Shown: piece by piece, positions 17,614 through 27,930 of the stretch
Layout of the letters: every line of letters begins with the position of its first letter
How positions within the stretch are numbered: the first letter of the stretch is position 1
Source of the DNA: Parachlamydiales bacterium
GTDB lineage: Bacteria > Chlamydiota > Chlamydiia > Chlamydiales > Parachlamydiaceae
Length of the DNA: 46,806 nucleotides
Assembly (NCBI GenBank): GCA_020051075.1
Contig: JAGVJP010000116.1
Span: 1-46,806 of the forward strand
Reading direction: 5' to 3'
The notes under the pieces: model-generated
What the model saw: the letters and a program-made list of their open reading frames with translations, nothing else
What the model was told of the DNA's origin: nothing
Database searches by the model: none
Made by a program: the position numbers and the translations under genes

Positions 17614-20600
17614 ATGCGATTTTCTCTTATTATTTTGACCACGCTTTACACTGCACTGATTACGCCTATTTGTTTATGGGGAAATCTACTTCCTACTTCA
17701 GGGGTGATACTCGATGGTGATTACACACTCAATGGAGGCGGCGCAATTATTGAGGGAGGTTTATCTACTGGCTATTTCCTTAATTCGGGGTCAATCGATT
17801 TCAATGATGTCGTCATTCAAAATTTCACAACGACGGGTGGGGCTGGCAGCGGCGGCGGCGCAGGTCTTGGTGGAGCTCTTTTCATTAACACCGGTTCAAC
17901 TGGTAACCTCAACAATGCAGTTTTCAATGCAAATACAGCTTCTGGTGGAACTGGAGGCATTGGAGCAATTGGAGGAAATTTAAATAGCTTGTTTATCCCT
18001 ATCTTAAATGGTACGGCAGGTGTCACTGGCAGAGATGCTGTAGACTCAGGTGCTTATGTCAGTGGGAATGGATTGGTCGGAGGCAATGGCTATCCAGGTG
18101 GAGCTGGTTTGGTTGGTAATGGCGGTCAAGGGGGGATGGGAGGTAAAGGAGGAGCTGGAGTAGATACGACCGCTTATATGACTTTTTTATTCGCATTAGA
18201 AACACTCTTGGAAACAGCATTTGCCGGCTATGATGCTCAACTGGCCGAATTAAGCACCCAAATAGGCATTTTAACGGCCAATATTGCAGATATCGAGAGC
18301 TACAATTCAAATTTGTTAATAGCAGGTTTGCCAGATGCGGTCGCAAAAGCTTTTTTAACCGTACAGCAATCTCTAGATACTATACTTGCAATCACGACAG
18401 ATCTCTCAAGTCAGACGGGCACTCAGATTGACGCGACAGTTGCACTCCTCACTGTAATTCAGAAGAGTTTTACTGATAACGGTGCTTTAGGAAATGGCGG
18501 CCCAGGCGGTAAGGGCGCTCCAGGCGGTTCGGGAAGTTTTGGCTTTGGTGGAGGTCCTGGAGGAATTGGAGGAAATGGTGGAGATGCTGTATCGGATTCG
18601 ATTTCTTTCGGAGGCCCAGGAGGAGATGGTGGTCAAGGGGGGATGGGTGGTTTTGGAGGTGGAGGCGGACTTGGTGGCACCGGAGGGACCCAAGGACTGA
18701 ATGGGACTCATGCCACTGTGGATAATGCAGACTTGAGCATCCTGGGACAGGGAGGCGTCAGCCTCTTCGGAGGAGGCGTAGGAAGCCTAGCTGATGGCAG
18801 TCCTGATGGCCTCTATGGTGAAGGAGGGGCGGGATATGGCGGCGCGATCTTTGTGAATGCCGGCGGGACCCTCAACGTAACTGGGAACTCCTCATTCAAT
18901 GATAATGATGCCGTGGGCGGGTCAAGTGCAAATAGGGGAAAGGCGGGAGATGAAACCGGAACCGCTCTTTTCATGATGACCTCATCAATTGTTAACCTTA
19001 ATCCAGGCGATGGCAATACAATCATCTTTAATGGCTCGATCGCTGATGATAGCGAAGAGAGCATTAGAAAAACCTCAATAGCGACAGGGCGTGGTGCCGG
19101 CCTCAATGTTCAAAGTGGTCTTGTGATTTTCAATGAAACAAACACTTACACAGGACCGACGGTGATCAGTGGAGGAGTCCTCCAAGCTGTTGATGGACAA
19201 GGAATCAACCCAAACAGCAATATTAGCCTGGGTGGGGAAGGAATTCTTCAGGGCAATGGCCAGATTACACGATTCTTAGGACCTTCGTCGAGTCGGATTC
19301 AATGGACCACTGGATCTGGAGGGTTCTCATCAAATGGAGGGGATCTCACTGTCACACTTAATAATGGAGAGCTTCTTAAATGGGGGGTGACAAACTACTT
19401 TATTCCAGCTGGAGATGCCTTTTTCTTCGGATCTAAAACAGCGACGAATCGTGTTTTTTTTACCAATCCGATCGACCTAAATGGCCTGAATCAAACGATT
19501 TTAGCCACGGCAAATGCGGATCACACCAACGAAGCTGTGTTAACGGGTATTCTTTCGAATGGGTCACTTACTGTGGGCGACAGCACTCATGATGGGACTG
19601 TTGTCCTGGCTGCCGCGAATGCTTATACTGGTCCGACGGTGGTTGCAGGAGGCACGGTTGCTCTCACAGGAACGTTGGTAAGCAATATTCTCACCGTGGA
19701 TAGCGGCGCTGCTTTTAATGACATCAGCGGAGGACTTCCTACGACGACTCTTGCGACGATTAATGGACGATTGGATCTAGGGAACAACCAAACCATTGAT
19801 ATATTAAATGGCAGCAGCAGCGGCATGGTTGATTTGGAATCTCATACGCTCACCTTGAATAGTGGAACATTTGCAGGGGTTGTCTCAGGGACAGGAGGGA
19901 TCAATAAATTGTCTCTCGGTACGTTTACACTATCTGGAAATAACACCTACACAGGAACGACAGATGTTGATGCAGGGATTTTAAACTTGACAGGTTCATT
20001 GCAGAGTGGTGTTGTTAATGTTTCTAGCTTTGCAATTTTGGACGATGTCAATGGAGGTCTTTCCAACAACACTGTAGCAACGATCGATGGATTACTCGAT
20101 CTGGGGGCTAACGATACGATTGACACCTTAAATGGAACTGGTATTGTTGACTTGGCATCTCATACGCTCACGCTTAATCAGGGATTGTTTTCTGGAGATG
20201 CATCGGGGATTGGAGGAGGAATCACAAAGGTATCGTCGGGTACATTTACTCTTTCAGGAAATAATACCTATACTGGGACGACAGAGGTGGATGCGGGAAC
20301 GGTGATTCTTACAGGAACATTGACAAGCGGTGTCGTTACCGTTGCCAATGGCGCGACATTAAGTGATGTCAATGGAGGGCTTGCCAACAACACGATAGCA
20401 ACAATCAACGGGTTGCTTGATCTGGGAAGCAGCGACACCATCGATACCTTATTTGGCAGCGGAATGGTTGACTTGGAATCACACACACTGACCGTCAATC
20501 AAGGATCCTTTGCTGGAGTTGCATCGGGGACGGGTGGAATCACAAAAACGTCAGCTGGCACATTTACCCTTTCAGGAAATAATACTTACACTGGTACGAC

Positions 20601-23238
20601 AGATGTGGATGCAGGGACGGTAGTTCTTACAGGAACATTGACAAGTGGTGTCGTTACCGTTGCTAATGGGGCTACTTTAAACGATGTGAGCGGAGGACTT
20701 TCCGACAATACCGTTGCGACGATCGATGGATTACTAGATCTGGGAACAAACGAAACCATTGATACGTTAAATGGGAGTGGGATTGTTGAATTGAACTCTC
20801 ATACTCTAACACTCAATCAAGGGGCATTTTCTGGTGTTGCTTCAGGATCAGGAGGAATCACTAAAGTCTCTCCTGGGACGTTTACCCTTTCTGGCGATAG
20901 CACCTATACCGGGACGACAGAGGTGGATGCTGGGACGTTAACCCTTACAGGTTCATTGCAAACCGGTGCCGTGACCATTGCCAATGGCGCGACCTTAGAC
21001 GATGTTAACGGAGGGCTTCCAGACGATACTATCATGACTGTCAACGGAACGGTCGTTTTTGGAACAAGCGATGCCGTCGATACTCTAGACGGCAGTGGAA
21101 TGGTAGACTTAGGCTTCAACACTCTTACTATCGACGAAGGGGTTTTTTCAGGAGTTATCTCTGGTTCAGGAGGGATCGTGAAAGTCTCTTCTGATACGTT
21201 AATCCTGTCAGGAAACAATACCTATACTGGGACAACAGAGGTTGATGCTGGGACGCTCGATCTCATTGGTTCATTGCAAAGCGGTGTCGTGAATGTTGCT
21301 AGCGGTGCTATTCTCGATGACGTCAACGGCGGCCTTGCCTCTAATACTGTCGCAACCGTCGACGGATTGCTCAATGTGGGAATCAGTGAAGCCATTGATA
21401 CGTTGAACGGGAGCGGAGTGGTTGAGTTAGGGTCCAATACACTTTCTGTGAATCAAGGAACATTTGGAGGAAGCGTATCAGGGTCAGGAGGACTCATAAA
21501 AAATAGTCCCAGGACGTTATTTCTTTCGGGGAATAATACCTACACTGGACCGACGGACATTAATGCAGGGATACTCAATTTGACAGGAACATTGCACAGC
21601 GATGTTGTGACGGTCGCTGGAGGAGCAGTTCTCCAGGTTCCTAACAGCTCTTCATTAATTTATCACCTCCTGACTGGAAATGGCACGGTCGATTCTCTGG
21701 GAAACACCTTCGTCAACAACGCTACTGTGACAGGTTTCTTGACGTTTACTGGAAATTTTACTAACAACGGATTGTTAAGACCGGGATATTCTCCTGGATT
21801 GATTACAATAAACGGAAATTTTGTTAATAACGCTACTTTAGATATGCAGCTTATCAATACTACTCCTGTGACAGGTTTTTCTCAGGTACGTGTTGGAGGA
21901 AGCATCACGTTGAATCCCGATAGCGTATTAATCGTTGAAGAAGCCAATACCTTTCATCCTACTCGTGGAGATACTTACCAGATTCTTGCTAACATTCAAG
22001 GCGGTCCGATTCAAGTGAATGGAACGTTTGGAAGCATTCAATTTGAGACAGATGGTCAGGCCGCTCCTTACGATCTGCTCTTTGATGTCGGCACTGGAAA
22101 GTTGTTTTTTACTGGAATTAAAACAAACACCAAAGGTGGATTTGGATCCCTTGCCTGCAATGACAATCAGAGTAAAGCTGCGAATGCGATCGTAGATGCA
22201 GCTTTCATCGGACCAGGACAGATCGATACGCATTCAACTGCTGGAAAACTTGCCCTGCAACTCATTAAAGCAACAGATCTCTGCCGTGATCTATCTTTTT
22301 ATACACCCACTTTCTATGGCGCTATGTCCGATTTTGCTTTCTTTGGCGACCACTCGCTCATTCGTGAGCTGTGGAATCGCGTTTCTACGTTTGTTGCTCC
22401 GCATCATCGGTGCTGTGAATGTGAGTGTGAATGCCTAACAGGTTTTTCAAGCTTTGGCGGCTACATCGAAAGTGATGCCGACTGCAAAGATCATACCGAC
22501 ATCAGCCGAGGAGATTTCTATCTGGGAGGCGACTATACCACAAGTTTCGGGTTGTCAATCGGTGCTGTGTGTTCCGATATATCAGGAGATATAGATTTCA
22601 AACATGGCCATAGCGATGTGAGAGGTGGGGCAGGAATGATTTATGTTCGACAAACCCTCTTCAATAACTTCAGTGCTGTTGGTGCTGTTGTCTACTCTTC
22701 ACAACATAACCGTCTTCATCGTAAAACAGTGAATGGCCGGGTTAGAGGATCCAATCAGATTAATTGCTGGTCTGGAACTTTAGGTTTGCAGCTTGATGTA
22801 CCGGTATTTGATGAACTTTCTATCGCCCCACGAGTCAACATGATCTATTCCTATGCAGAGGTAAACGGATGTAAAGAAAAAGGAGCTATCGATGCACTTC
22901 GTAACAAGGGATATAACGCGAGAATATTGATTGGAGACTTGAGTTTGTCTCTCTTGTATTCGACACAATTATTTTGCCGTGATTTTAACCTAGAATTAAT
23001 TGCAGGGGTTGAAAGAGATTTCAGCAATAAAAAGGGAGATTTGGATGTCAACCTTGTCAAAGTCCCTTCTGCGGCATATTCAGTAGATTTTTCCAGGAAG
23101 CGGTATGCCCGTGCAAATTATGGAGTGAACTTGGGGTACAATCTGTGGGAAAACGGAACTATCTATGCTGGTTACGAAGGATTCTCTGGAGGAAATTGGG
23201 ACTACACCGCTAATGCAGGTCTTCGTTGGATCTTCTGA
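17614..23238 (+). CDS. Type Va autotransporter/adhesin with Gly-rich region and passenger-associated beta-strand repeats
   Basis: Signal peptide; GGA(L/I)F...FxxN motifs; Gly-rich tracts; eight (N/S/A)TYTG-type PATR motifs, six of them in roughly 318-bp tandem units (about 19620-21560); C-terminal beta-barrel ending LRWIF. Confidence 0.9.
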   Translation: MRFSLIILTTLYTALITPICLWGNLLPTSGVILDGDYTLNGGGAIIEGGLSTGYFLNSGSIDFNDVVIQNFTTTGGAGSGGGAGLGGALFINTGSTGNLNNAVFNANTASGGTGGIGAIGGNLNSLFIPILNGTAGVTGRDAVDSGAYVSGNGLVGGNGYPGGAGLVGNGGQGGMGGKGGAGVDTTAYMTFLFALETLLETAFAGYDAQLAELSTQIGILTANIADIESYNSNLLIAGLPDAVAKAFLTVQQSLDTILAITTDLSSQTGTQIDATVALLTVIQKSFTDNGALGNGGPGGKGAPGGSGSFGFGGGPGGIGGNGGDAVSDSISFGGPGGDGGQGGMGGFGGGGGLGGTGGTQGLNGTHATVDNADLSILGQGGVSLFGGGVGSLADGSPDGLYGEGGAGYGGAIFVNAGGTLNVTGNSSFNDNDAVGGSSANRGKAGDETGTALFMMTSSIVNLNPGDGNTIIFNGSIADDSEESIRKTSIATGRGAGLNVQSGLVIFNETNTYTGPTVISGGVLQAVDGQGINPNSNISLGGEGILQGNGQITRFLGPSSSRIQWTTGSGGFSSNGGDLTVTLNNGELLKWGVTNYFIPAGDAFFFGSKTATNRVFFTNPIDLNGLNQTILATANADHTNEAVLTGILSNGSLTVGDSTHDGTVVLAAANAYTGPTVVAGGTVALTGTLVSNILTVDSGAAFNDISGGLPTTTLATINGRLDLGNNQTIDILNGSSSGMVDLESHTLTLNSGTFAGVVSGTGGINKLSLGTFTLSGNNTYTGTTDVDAGILNLTGSLQSGVVNVSSFAILDDVNGGLSNNTVATIDGLLDLGANDTIDTLNGTGIVDLASHTLTLNQGLFSGDASGIGGGITKVSSGTFTLSGNNTYTGTTEVDAGTVILTGTLTSGVVTVANGATLSDVNGGLANNTIATINGLLDLGSSDTIDTLFGSGMVDLESHTLTVNQGSFAGVASGTGGITKTSAGTFTLSGNNTYTGTTDVDAGTVVLTGTLTSGVVTVANGATLNDVSGGLSDNTVATIDGLLDLGTNETIDTLNGSGIVELNSHTLTLNQGAFSGVASGSGGITKVSPGTFTLSGDSTYTGTTEVDAGTLTLTGSLQTGAVTIANGATLDDVNGGLPDDTIMTVNGTVVFGTSDAVDTLDGSGMVDLGFNTLTIDEGVFSGVISGSGGIVKVSSDTLILSGNNTYTGTTEVDAGTLDLIGSLQSGVVNVASGAILDDVNGGLASNTVATVDGLLNVGISEAIDTLNGSGVVELGSNTLSVNQGTFGGSVSGSGGLIKNSPRTLFLSGNNTYTGPTDINAGILNLTGTLHSDVVTVAGGAVLQVPNSSSLIYHLLTGNGTVDSLGNTFVNNATVTGFLTFTGNFTNNGLLRPGYSPGLITINGNFVNNATLDMQLINTTPVTGFSQVRVGGSITLNPDSVLIVEEANTFHPTRGDTYQILANIQGGPIQVNGTFGSIQFETDGQAAPYDLLFDVGTGKLFFTGIKTNTKGGFGSLACNDNQSKAANAIVDAAFIGPGQIDTHSTAGKLALQLIKATDLCRDLSFYTPTFYGAMSDFAFFGDHSLIRELWNRVSTFVAPHHRCCECECECLTGFSSFGGYIESDADCKDHTDISRGDFYLGGDYTTSFGLSIGAVCSDISGDIDFKHGHSDVRGGAGMIYVRQTLFNNFSAVGAVVYSSQHNRLHRKTVNGRVRGSNQINCWSGTLGLQLDVPVFDELSIAPRVNMIYSYAEVNGCKEKGAIDALRNKGYNARILIGDLSLSLLYSTQLFCRDFNLELIAGVERDFSNKKGDLDVNLVKVPSAAYSVDFSRKRYARANYGVNLGYNLWENGTIYAGYEGFSGGNWDYTANAGLRWIF

Positions 23239-23245
23239 TACATCG

Positions 23246-23577
23246 TCAAGAAAGATCTGGTAAGTGCCATAAAGGCTGGTTTTTGTGATATTCTTCAAGC
23301 GGCAATTGCACAATGCATGGATGTTGTCTGCTGTCGAGCCAAGAGACGATGTCGATTAAATCGTTTTCTTCCATGACGGTACATCCCGCTGTTCCCATCC
23401 CCTTGCCCATGCCATCCCATGCTGGCCTAACGTGATGGCAATAGGGGGGCCAGAAACGTTCCATTGAAGAGCATCGACGGTTCGTTGATAGCGGTAGAGG
23501 GTGCCTTCGACAGCATCCCAATCTGAAGAGACGACGACGAGAAGCTGCAGAACGAATCGCAAACAAAAAGGATCCAT
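23246..23577 (-). pseudogene. L,D-transpeptidase-family gene with an internal deletion and frameshift
   Basis: The N-terminal part (QLLVVVSSDWDAVEGTLYRYQR...LGQHGMAWARG) is in one frame. It is joined at about 23400 to the C-terminal part (GTAGCTVMEENDLIDIVSWLDSRQHPCIVQLP) in another frame. The middle of the domain is absent. Confidence 0.65.
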
Positions 23578-23578
23578 T

Positions 23579-24595
23579 TCATAACTCTTGATTGAAGAAA
23601 TTGACCGCCTCTTCAGCAACCTGAAACTGAATCCAGTTTCGGTCAACTGTTGGACTATCTTCGATAAGGAAATTAAGTTTTGGAGGAAAATTAGCTTTTT
23701 TTCGTTTTATTTCATTAAGTGCAGAGATGAAAACATAGTGATTTGCCTCACCCGAGATAGTTTGGTATGAAGAACCAGGAATATTTTTTGCAAAAAAACC
23801 GGCGTTATTTGACGTCACAAGGACGTTGTCTGCGCTCGAGGCTATCACATAAGTGGGGATTGAAACTGCCTTTAAGCTTTGTTCATCGAATATCCACGCC
23901 CAAGCTGGAGCCATGATAAAAGCAGCTTTTATTCGGTTGTCTCTCCAATCTTGAGACATTTTATCTCTGTCTAATGATGGCAATACTAGATCGATATCTC
24001 TAAATTCCTCGGGAGATGCATAGTCTGAACCAGGAGCGATTGTTTCTAATTTTGTAGCCCTCCCACCAACAAGCCAGATGGCAGTGGTTCCTCCGAGAGA
24101 AAACCCTGCCATGCCAATCTTATTCAGGTTTGCGGATGAAGACAAAGCTTTGGAGGAAAATAGATCGATAATTGTGTGGATATCTTTAGGTCTTTGCCAG
24201 TGATTGCCGTGAGGTTTGCCATTCTGTAGGTCTAAATGTTGAGTTGCCAGAACGATATAATTGTTATAAATTAAGTGTTTAATCAACCAGGATAGCTGAT
24301 GGGGGGTTCCACCATACCCATAGGAGATAATGACAACTGGCATCTTTTCTTTCGAAGAAGCTATGGGGGCGTTTAAAGCTACTTTGAACAGATCCCATTC
24401 ATTAGGAGATTCCTCTCCAGCCGTTAAAGGTTCTACCGGATACCAGACGAGAAGACTCCGCGTTTGCTGATGAAATTCATCAAAAAAGGGAAATTCTATA
24501 TATCCAACAACAGGATAGGGAGTCACAGGATGTGGTTCAAAAGCGTTTAAAGAGATCGATAAAAAACATAAGCAACATGTCAATAAAATGTGCAT
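23579..24595 (-). CDS. Secreted alpha/beta hydrolase (dienelactone hydrolase/PAF-AH-like)
   Basis: Signal peptide, VWYP, PVVIISYGYGG, nucleophile elbow GFSLGG, DNRIKAAFIMAP and catalytic His in ANHYVF. Confidence 0.85.
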   Translation of the reverse strand: MHILLTCCLCFLSISLNAFEPHPVTPYPVVGYIEFPFFDEFHQQTRSLLVWYPVEPLTAGEESPNEWDLFKVALNAPIASSKEKMPVVIISYGYGGTPHQLSWLIKHLIYNNYIVLATQHLDLQNGKPHGNHWQRPKDIHTIIDLFSSKALSSSANLNKIGMAGFSLGGTTAIWLVGGRATKLETIAPGSDYASPEEFRDIDLVLPSLDRDKMSQDWRDNRIKAAFIMAPAWAWIFDEQSLKAVSIPTYVIASSADNVLVTSNNAGFFAKNIPGSSYQTISGEANHYVFISALNEIKRKKANFPPKLNFLIEDSPTVDRNWIQFQVAEEAVNFFNQEL

Positions 24596-24728
24596 AGAGC
24601 TCCTGAGTAACTTGTCAAATACACTAACAAAGAAGTAACTCAGAAGTCAACTGATTCCAAAATTGCATCTTTTCAAAGCATGGAAAAGTGTGTTATGATT
24701 TTTGTTGGTGAAGAGCTTAGAGGTTAAG

Positions 24729-25151
24729 ATGGCGACAATCATAGCGACAATTTTCTTTGAAAAGCGATTTTGGGTGGGCTCTTTTGAGCGAACAGATAAA
24801 GAAGGATATGCTGTTGCACGACATATCTTTGGCGGGGAGCCGTCTGATCATGAAATTCATGAATTTGTCTTGAATCACTACCACGAATTGAAATTTGGGG
24901 AGCTCAAGGATGTCGGCATTCAAATCCGGCGAATGAATCCTAAAAGAGTGCAGAGAGAAGTGCGTCGCGAAGTGGAAAAAATGAAGGAAACGGCTAAGCC
25001 CTCAACGTTAGCGCAAGACTACATGCGAGAAGAGATCGAGAAGAAAAAGAAGGAAAAAAAGAGCATCAGCAGCGCTGAAAAGCTGGCACGTCAGGAAAAG
25101 CAATTTTCTCTCAAGCAAGAGAAAAGGAAAGAAAAACACCGCGGACATTGA
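24729..25151 (+). CDS. YjdF-family (DUF2992) protein
   Basis: TIFFEKRFWVGSFER, FGGEPSD, NPKRVQRE and C-terminal KQEKRKEKHRGH are characteristic of the family. Confidence 0.85.
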   Translation: MATIIATIFFEKRFWVGSFERTDKEGYAVARHIFGGEPSDHEIHEFVLNHYHELKFGELKDVGIQIRRMNPKRVQREVRREVEKMKETAKPSTLAQDYMREEIEKKKKEKKSISSAEKLARQEKQFSLKQEKRKEKHRGH

Positions 25152-25178
25152 ATGTGCTGCTTGATTGGAAAATAAAAT

Positions 25179-25676
25179 ATGGAATTCAACTTCGAAGAAA
25201 CGTTCAATTCAGAAGAATACCTGTATTTCTATCGGGATATTCTCACTTTTGAACGGCTGAAGAAAGAGATAGATTTTCTTGTGAAATATGCTGAATTAGA
25301 TCAGCCATTAGACATCCTTGATCTTGCTTGCGGTCATGGGAGACATGCCAATGCTTTAGCACAGCTCGGCCATCAAGTCACTGGTTTAGATCTCACCGAT
25401 GGGTTTCTTAAGGTCGCTAAGAAAGAAGCCTTAAAGATCAATGTCGACGTAAAATACATCCAACAAGATATGAGAGAGCTAAATCTCGATCAAGTTTTTG
25501 ATAGGGTTTTTGTTCTTTTTACAGCTATCGGTTATTTTGATGAAGACCAAAACGAAAAAGTATTTAGAAATATTTTTAAGCAGATTGGGTTTTCCGGTGT
25601 TGAATTTTATGAAAATTGGGAAGGAACCCCTCTGAGCCAAGATTCCAAACGAATGATTGTTGTGGTTAGGAAGTAA
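25179..25676 (+). pseudogene. Class I SAM methyltransferase, apparently with an in-frame internal deletion
   Basis: Motif I ILDLACGHGRH and QQDMR are present, but after NIFK the sequence jumps to the C-terminal GFSGVEFYENWEG...RMIVVVRK. The expected ALKPGG strand and following region are missing. Confidence 0.6.
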
Positions 25677-25705
25677 GAGGTAATTAAGGCAGAACTGGAT
25701 TAGGG

Positions 25706-25770
25706 TGAATTTCACAAAAAGGCACTAGTTTTTGTGAAATTCATTGGTTGTGTTTTCGTGCTTCTGACCT
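25706..25770. repeat. Palindromic site (15-bp arms, 8-bp spacer) with conserved tail, copy 1
   Basis: tgaatttcacaaaaa-ggcactag-tttttgtgaaattca, then ttggttgtgttttcgtgcttctga. Confidence 0.9.
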
Positions 25771-25801
25771 TGTCTTGTAAAGACGTTCGGTTAATCCGCC
25801 C

Positions 25802-26167
25802 TTAACCAGGAGTATAGGTTTCTTTTACAAGATTTCTATGAGTAACTAAAACAAAATTTTTAGACTTGATAGCTGAAAAAAGCTCTTCTTCATTGATTAA
25901 GGTGTTGGATTTGATAAAATTTTCTCTGTTCTTATCTTGATCGAGAAACTTAAGAAAACGATAGATTAGACTTTGGGTGGGAGCTAGGTTGTGAAAAATT
26001 AAAACCATATCGTGGGAAACATATTTTTGAATGATAAGATCATCGGCATCTAGACTGAACGCAGCACGCTGATGCAACTTCTCTAACAAGCTGTATGGGA
26101 TCCTTTCGTGAATGTAAATTTCATCGATACCAAATGTTGCAAGAGTATAATGATCTTGATATGACAT
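25802..26167 (-). CDS. Hypothetical protein (121 aa), third gene of the AbiE-type operon
   Basis: ATG 11 nt downstream of the AbiEii-like stop, with an AGGA RBS. No family recognised. Confidence 0.6.
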   Translation of the reverse strand: MSYQDHYTLATFGIDEIYIHERIPYSLLEKLHQRAAFSLDADDLIIQKYVSHDMVLIFHNLAPTQSLIYRFLKFLDQDKNRENFIKSNTLINEEELFSAIKSKNFVLVTHRNLVKETYTPG

Positions 26168-26178
26168 TTTCCTAACAA

Positions 26179-27198
26179 TTAATTGATGTTGTTAAATTCT
26201 TTTTCAAACTTTTCGATCGTTGTCAGAATGAATGGCCATTCTGGAATTTCTCTGAAAAACATGGCCTCCATTAAATCATAATCCTTTTGGAGTTCTTTTA
26301 AAATATGAAGAGGAGGGATAAGCTTCAAAGTTCCCTTTTGAGCGGTATTGTAGCTTGCCCAGCCTGATGCAAAGTAAATGCTTTTGTGGGTGGCAACTCG
26401 TTTAAGAAGAGAGGTCTCAATAAGTGCCTTCTCCTTGATTTCAGAATTTATTAAACGAAAAAAATCATAAAAATGTCGCGACATTCGTGGTGGAAGCTTT
26501 TTATCTTCTGGCAAATGTGCATATTGATGAAGGATTGTCGCTTTCTCCCAAAAAGTTCGTTCAGCATTCAGCACCCGAACACATATTTCAGATTCATGGA
26601 TCTTCTCTTTTAGAGCCTCTTTAGCGTAGCTCTGTATTTTATGTTCACTGACGGGCCAGTGATCTGATCTTGCGCCAATTTCGATTTTCACAAGCGGACG
26701 AATGTATCCAGTTTTTGAGGCTTCACTTGGATATTCAAATAATAATGTTTGAGCATCGGAGTCTTCTTGATCAGGGAAGACTTGCCATTCATCGGTTGTT
26801 CCGAGTTTTGCAGCAAAGGCGTCTTTGAGATCAGCTAGCATCTGAGTTTGAACATAATTGGTGCAAGCTTTTGAAAGATTATCGATGAGAGCGTTTTGTT
26901 TTTTTTTGGAAGGTGCTTGTTCAGGGTCATGGGGAGCACCAAAACCAAAGAATTCTCTTTCGATCGAAAGATCAATATCTTCTGAAAAACGGTCAATTAA
27001 TCCATAGACTTTTGAAAGGGACGTACCCCCTTTGAAGGTAAGATGAGGTTTCAGCTTTTCAAGTGAAAACAGTCTTTCCAAAACCCATACGACCCAATAG
27101 TCTTTTTCAATGATTTCAAAGGGCATATTCATGATTTCACTAGCTGTCCTAAAGAAAAGTACACGTTCATTTTTAGATAAAAGATGGATCTCATTCAT
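26179..27198 (-). CDS. AbiEii/AbiGii-family nucleotidyltransferase toxin (type IV TA)
   Basis: IEKDYWV, FKGGTSLSK, RFSEDIDL, ERTFWEK and RHFYD motifs. Confidence 0.9.
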   Translation of the reverse strand: MNEIHLLSKNERVLFFRTASEIMNMPFEIIEKDYWVVWVLERLFSLEKLKPHLTFKGGTSLSKVYGLIDRFSEDIDLSIEREFFGFGAPHDPEQAPSKKKQNALIDNLSKACTNYVQTQMLADLKDAFAAKLGTTDEWQVFPDQEDSDAQTLLFEYPSEASKTGYIRPLVKIEIGARSDHWPVSEHKIQSYAKEALKEKIHESEICVRVLNAERTFWEKATILHQYAHLPEDKKLPPRMSRHFYDFFRLINSEIKEKALIETSLLKRVATHKSIYFASGWASYNTAQKGTLKLIPPLHILKELQKDYDLMEAMFFREIPEWPFILTTIEKFEKEFNNIN

Positions 27199-27812
27199 AG
27201 TTTAAATTCCATAATTTCAAACACAAGAGCTCGGATCCAAGCTGGTGCGAATTTCATATTTTTTTTTATTTCTTCTTCGGTGGAGCTTTTGAGGAATTTT
27301 GAAATTTGTGCACGTGCTTTTTTGTCGATATGATCTTTTCCTAAATTTTTTAAAGCTTGTGTTAGAAGACCTTCTCTAGTTCCAGCAGAAAGCATGTTTT
27401 TCTTTGTAGTTTTTTTAAAAATTATTTCTTGATTACCAATTTTGACTTTTTTGGCCGCAGCCTCAGTTAGGAATATAATTCGACCAGGAACTTGCATAGT
27501 AAGGCCGACTAAATTTGCTGCATGGGCACCTGCAGGTTGAATTTGCACACTGTCTTTTTCCGCAATTGCTTTTGCAACTTCATTTAAATCAGGAGGAATA
27601 ACACCTAATGTATCATGTTTTGTAGGATAGTCATAGAGGCCTCGTGCTAGCCTTCGTATGAATTTTTGTTTTTCAAGTTGAGACAAAGCTTTTCTAATAG
27701 AGGCATCACTTCCCAGATCCGCAAAATGCATTGGCGTAAAGCACCAACCGGGACTGTGCTCGATAATTCTATTTTTTACTGCTGCTTCAACACTGTGACG
27801 CATTTTGATCAA
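27195..27812 (-). CDS. DUF6088/AbiEi-like antitoxin and transcriptional regulator
   Basis: N-terminal wHTH (FTPMHFADLGS...LSQL...IRRLARGLY) and AANLVGLTMQVP. ATGA overlap with the toxin gene. Start may be ATG 27803. Confidence 0.85.
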   Translation of the reverse strand: MIKMRHSVEAAVKNRIIEHSPGWCFTPMHFADLGSDASIRKALSQLEKQKFIRRLARGLYDYPTKHDTLGVIPPDLNEVAKAIAEKDSVQIQPAGAHAANLVGLTMQVPGRIIFLTEAAAKKVKIGNQEIIFKKTTKKNMLSAGTREGLLTQALKNLGKDHIDKKARAQISKFLKSSTEEEIKKNMKFAPAWIRALVFEIMEFKL

Positions 27813-27815
27813 TCT

Positions 27816-27930
27816 CTAATTTTCACAAAAACTACCATCTTTTTGTGAAAATTAGCAACAGGAAAATCATTAATTTCACAAAAAAATACTAGTTTTTGTG
27901 AAGTTCATTATGTTTTCGTGCTGCTGATCG
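27816..27930. promoter_or_regulatory. Twin palindromic operators upstream of the AbiE operon (second one carries the conserved tail, copy 2)
   Basis: ctaattttcacaaaaa-ctaccatc-tttttgtgaaaattag (27816-27855) and aatttcacaaaaa-aatactag-tttttgtgaagtt (27872-27905) plus tail. AbiEi proteins are known to autorepress through two promoter inverted repeats. Confidence 0.75.

Noticed and set aside
24600..24728. yjdF riboswitch upstream of the DUF2992 gene
   Set aside because: Only a short imperfect inverted repeat (ctgagtaactt/aagtaactcag) is seen. I could not recognise the riboswitch consensus, and an Rfam search would be needed.
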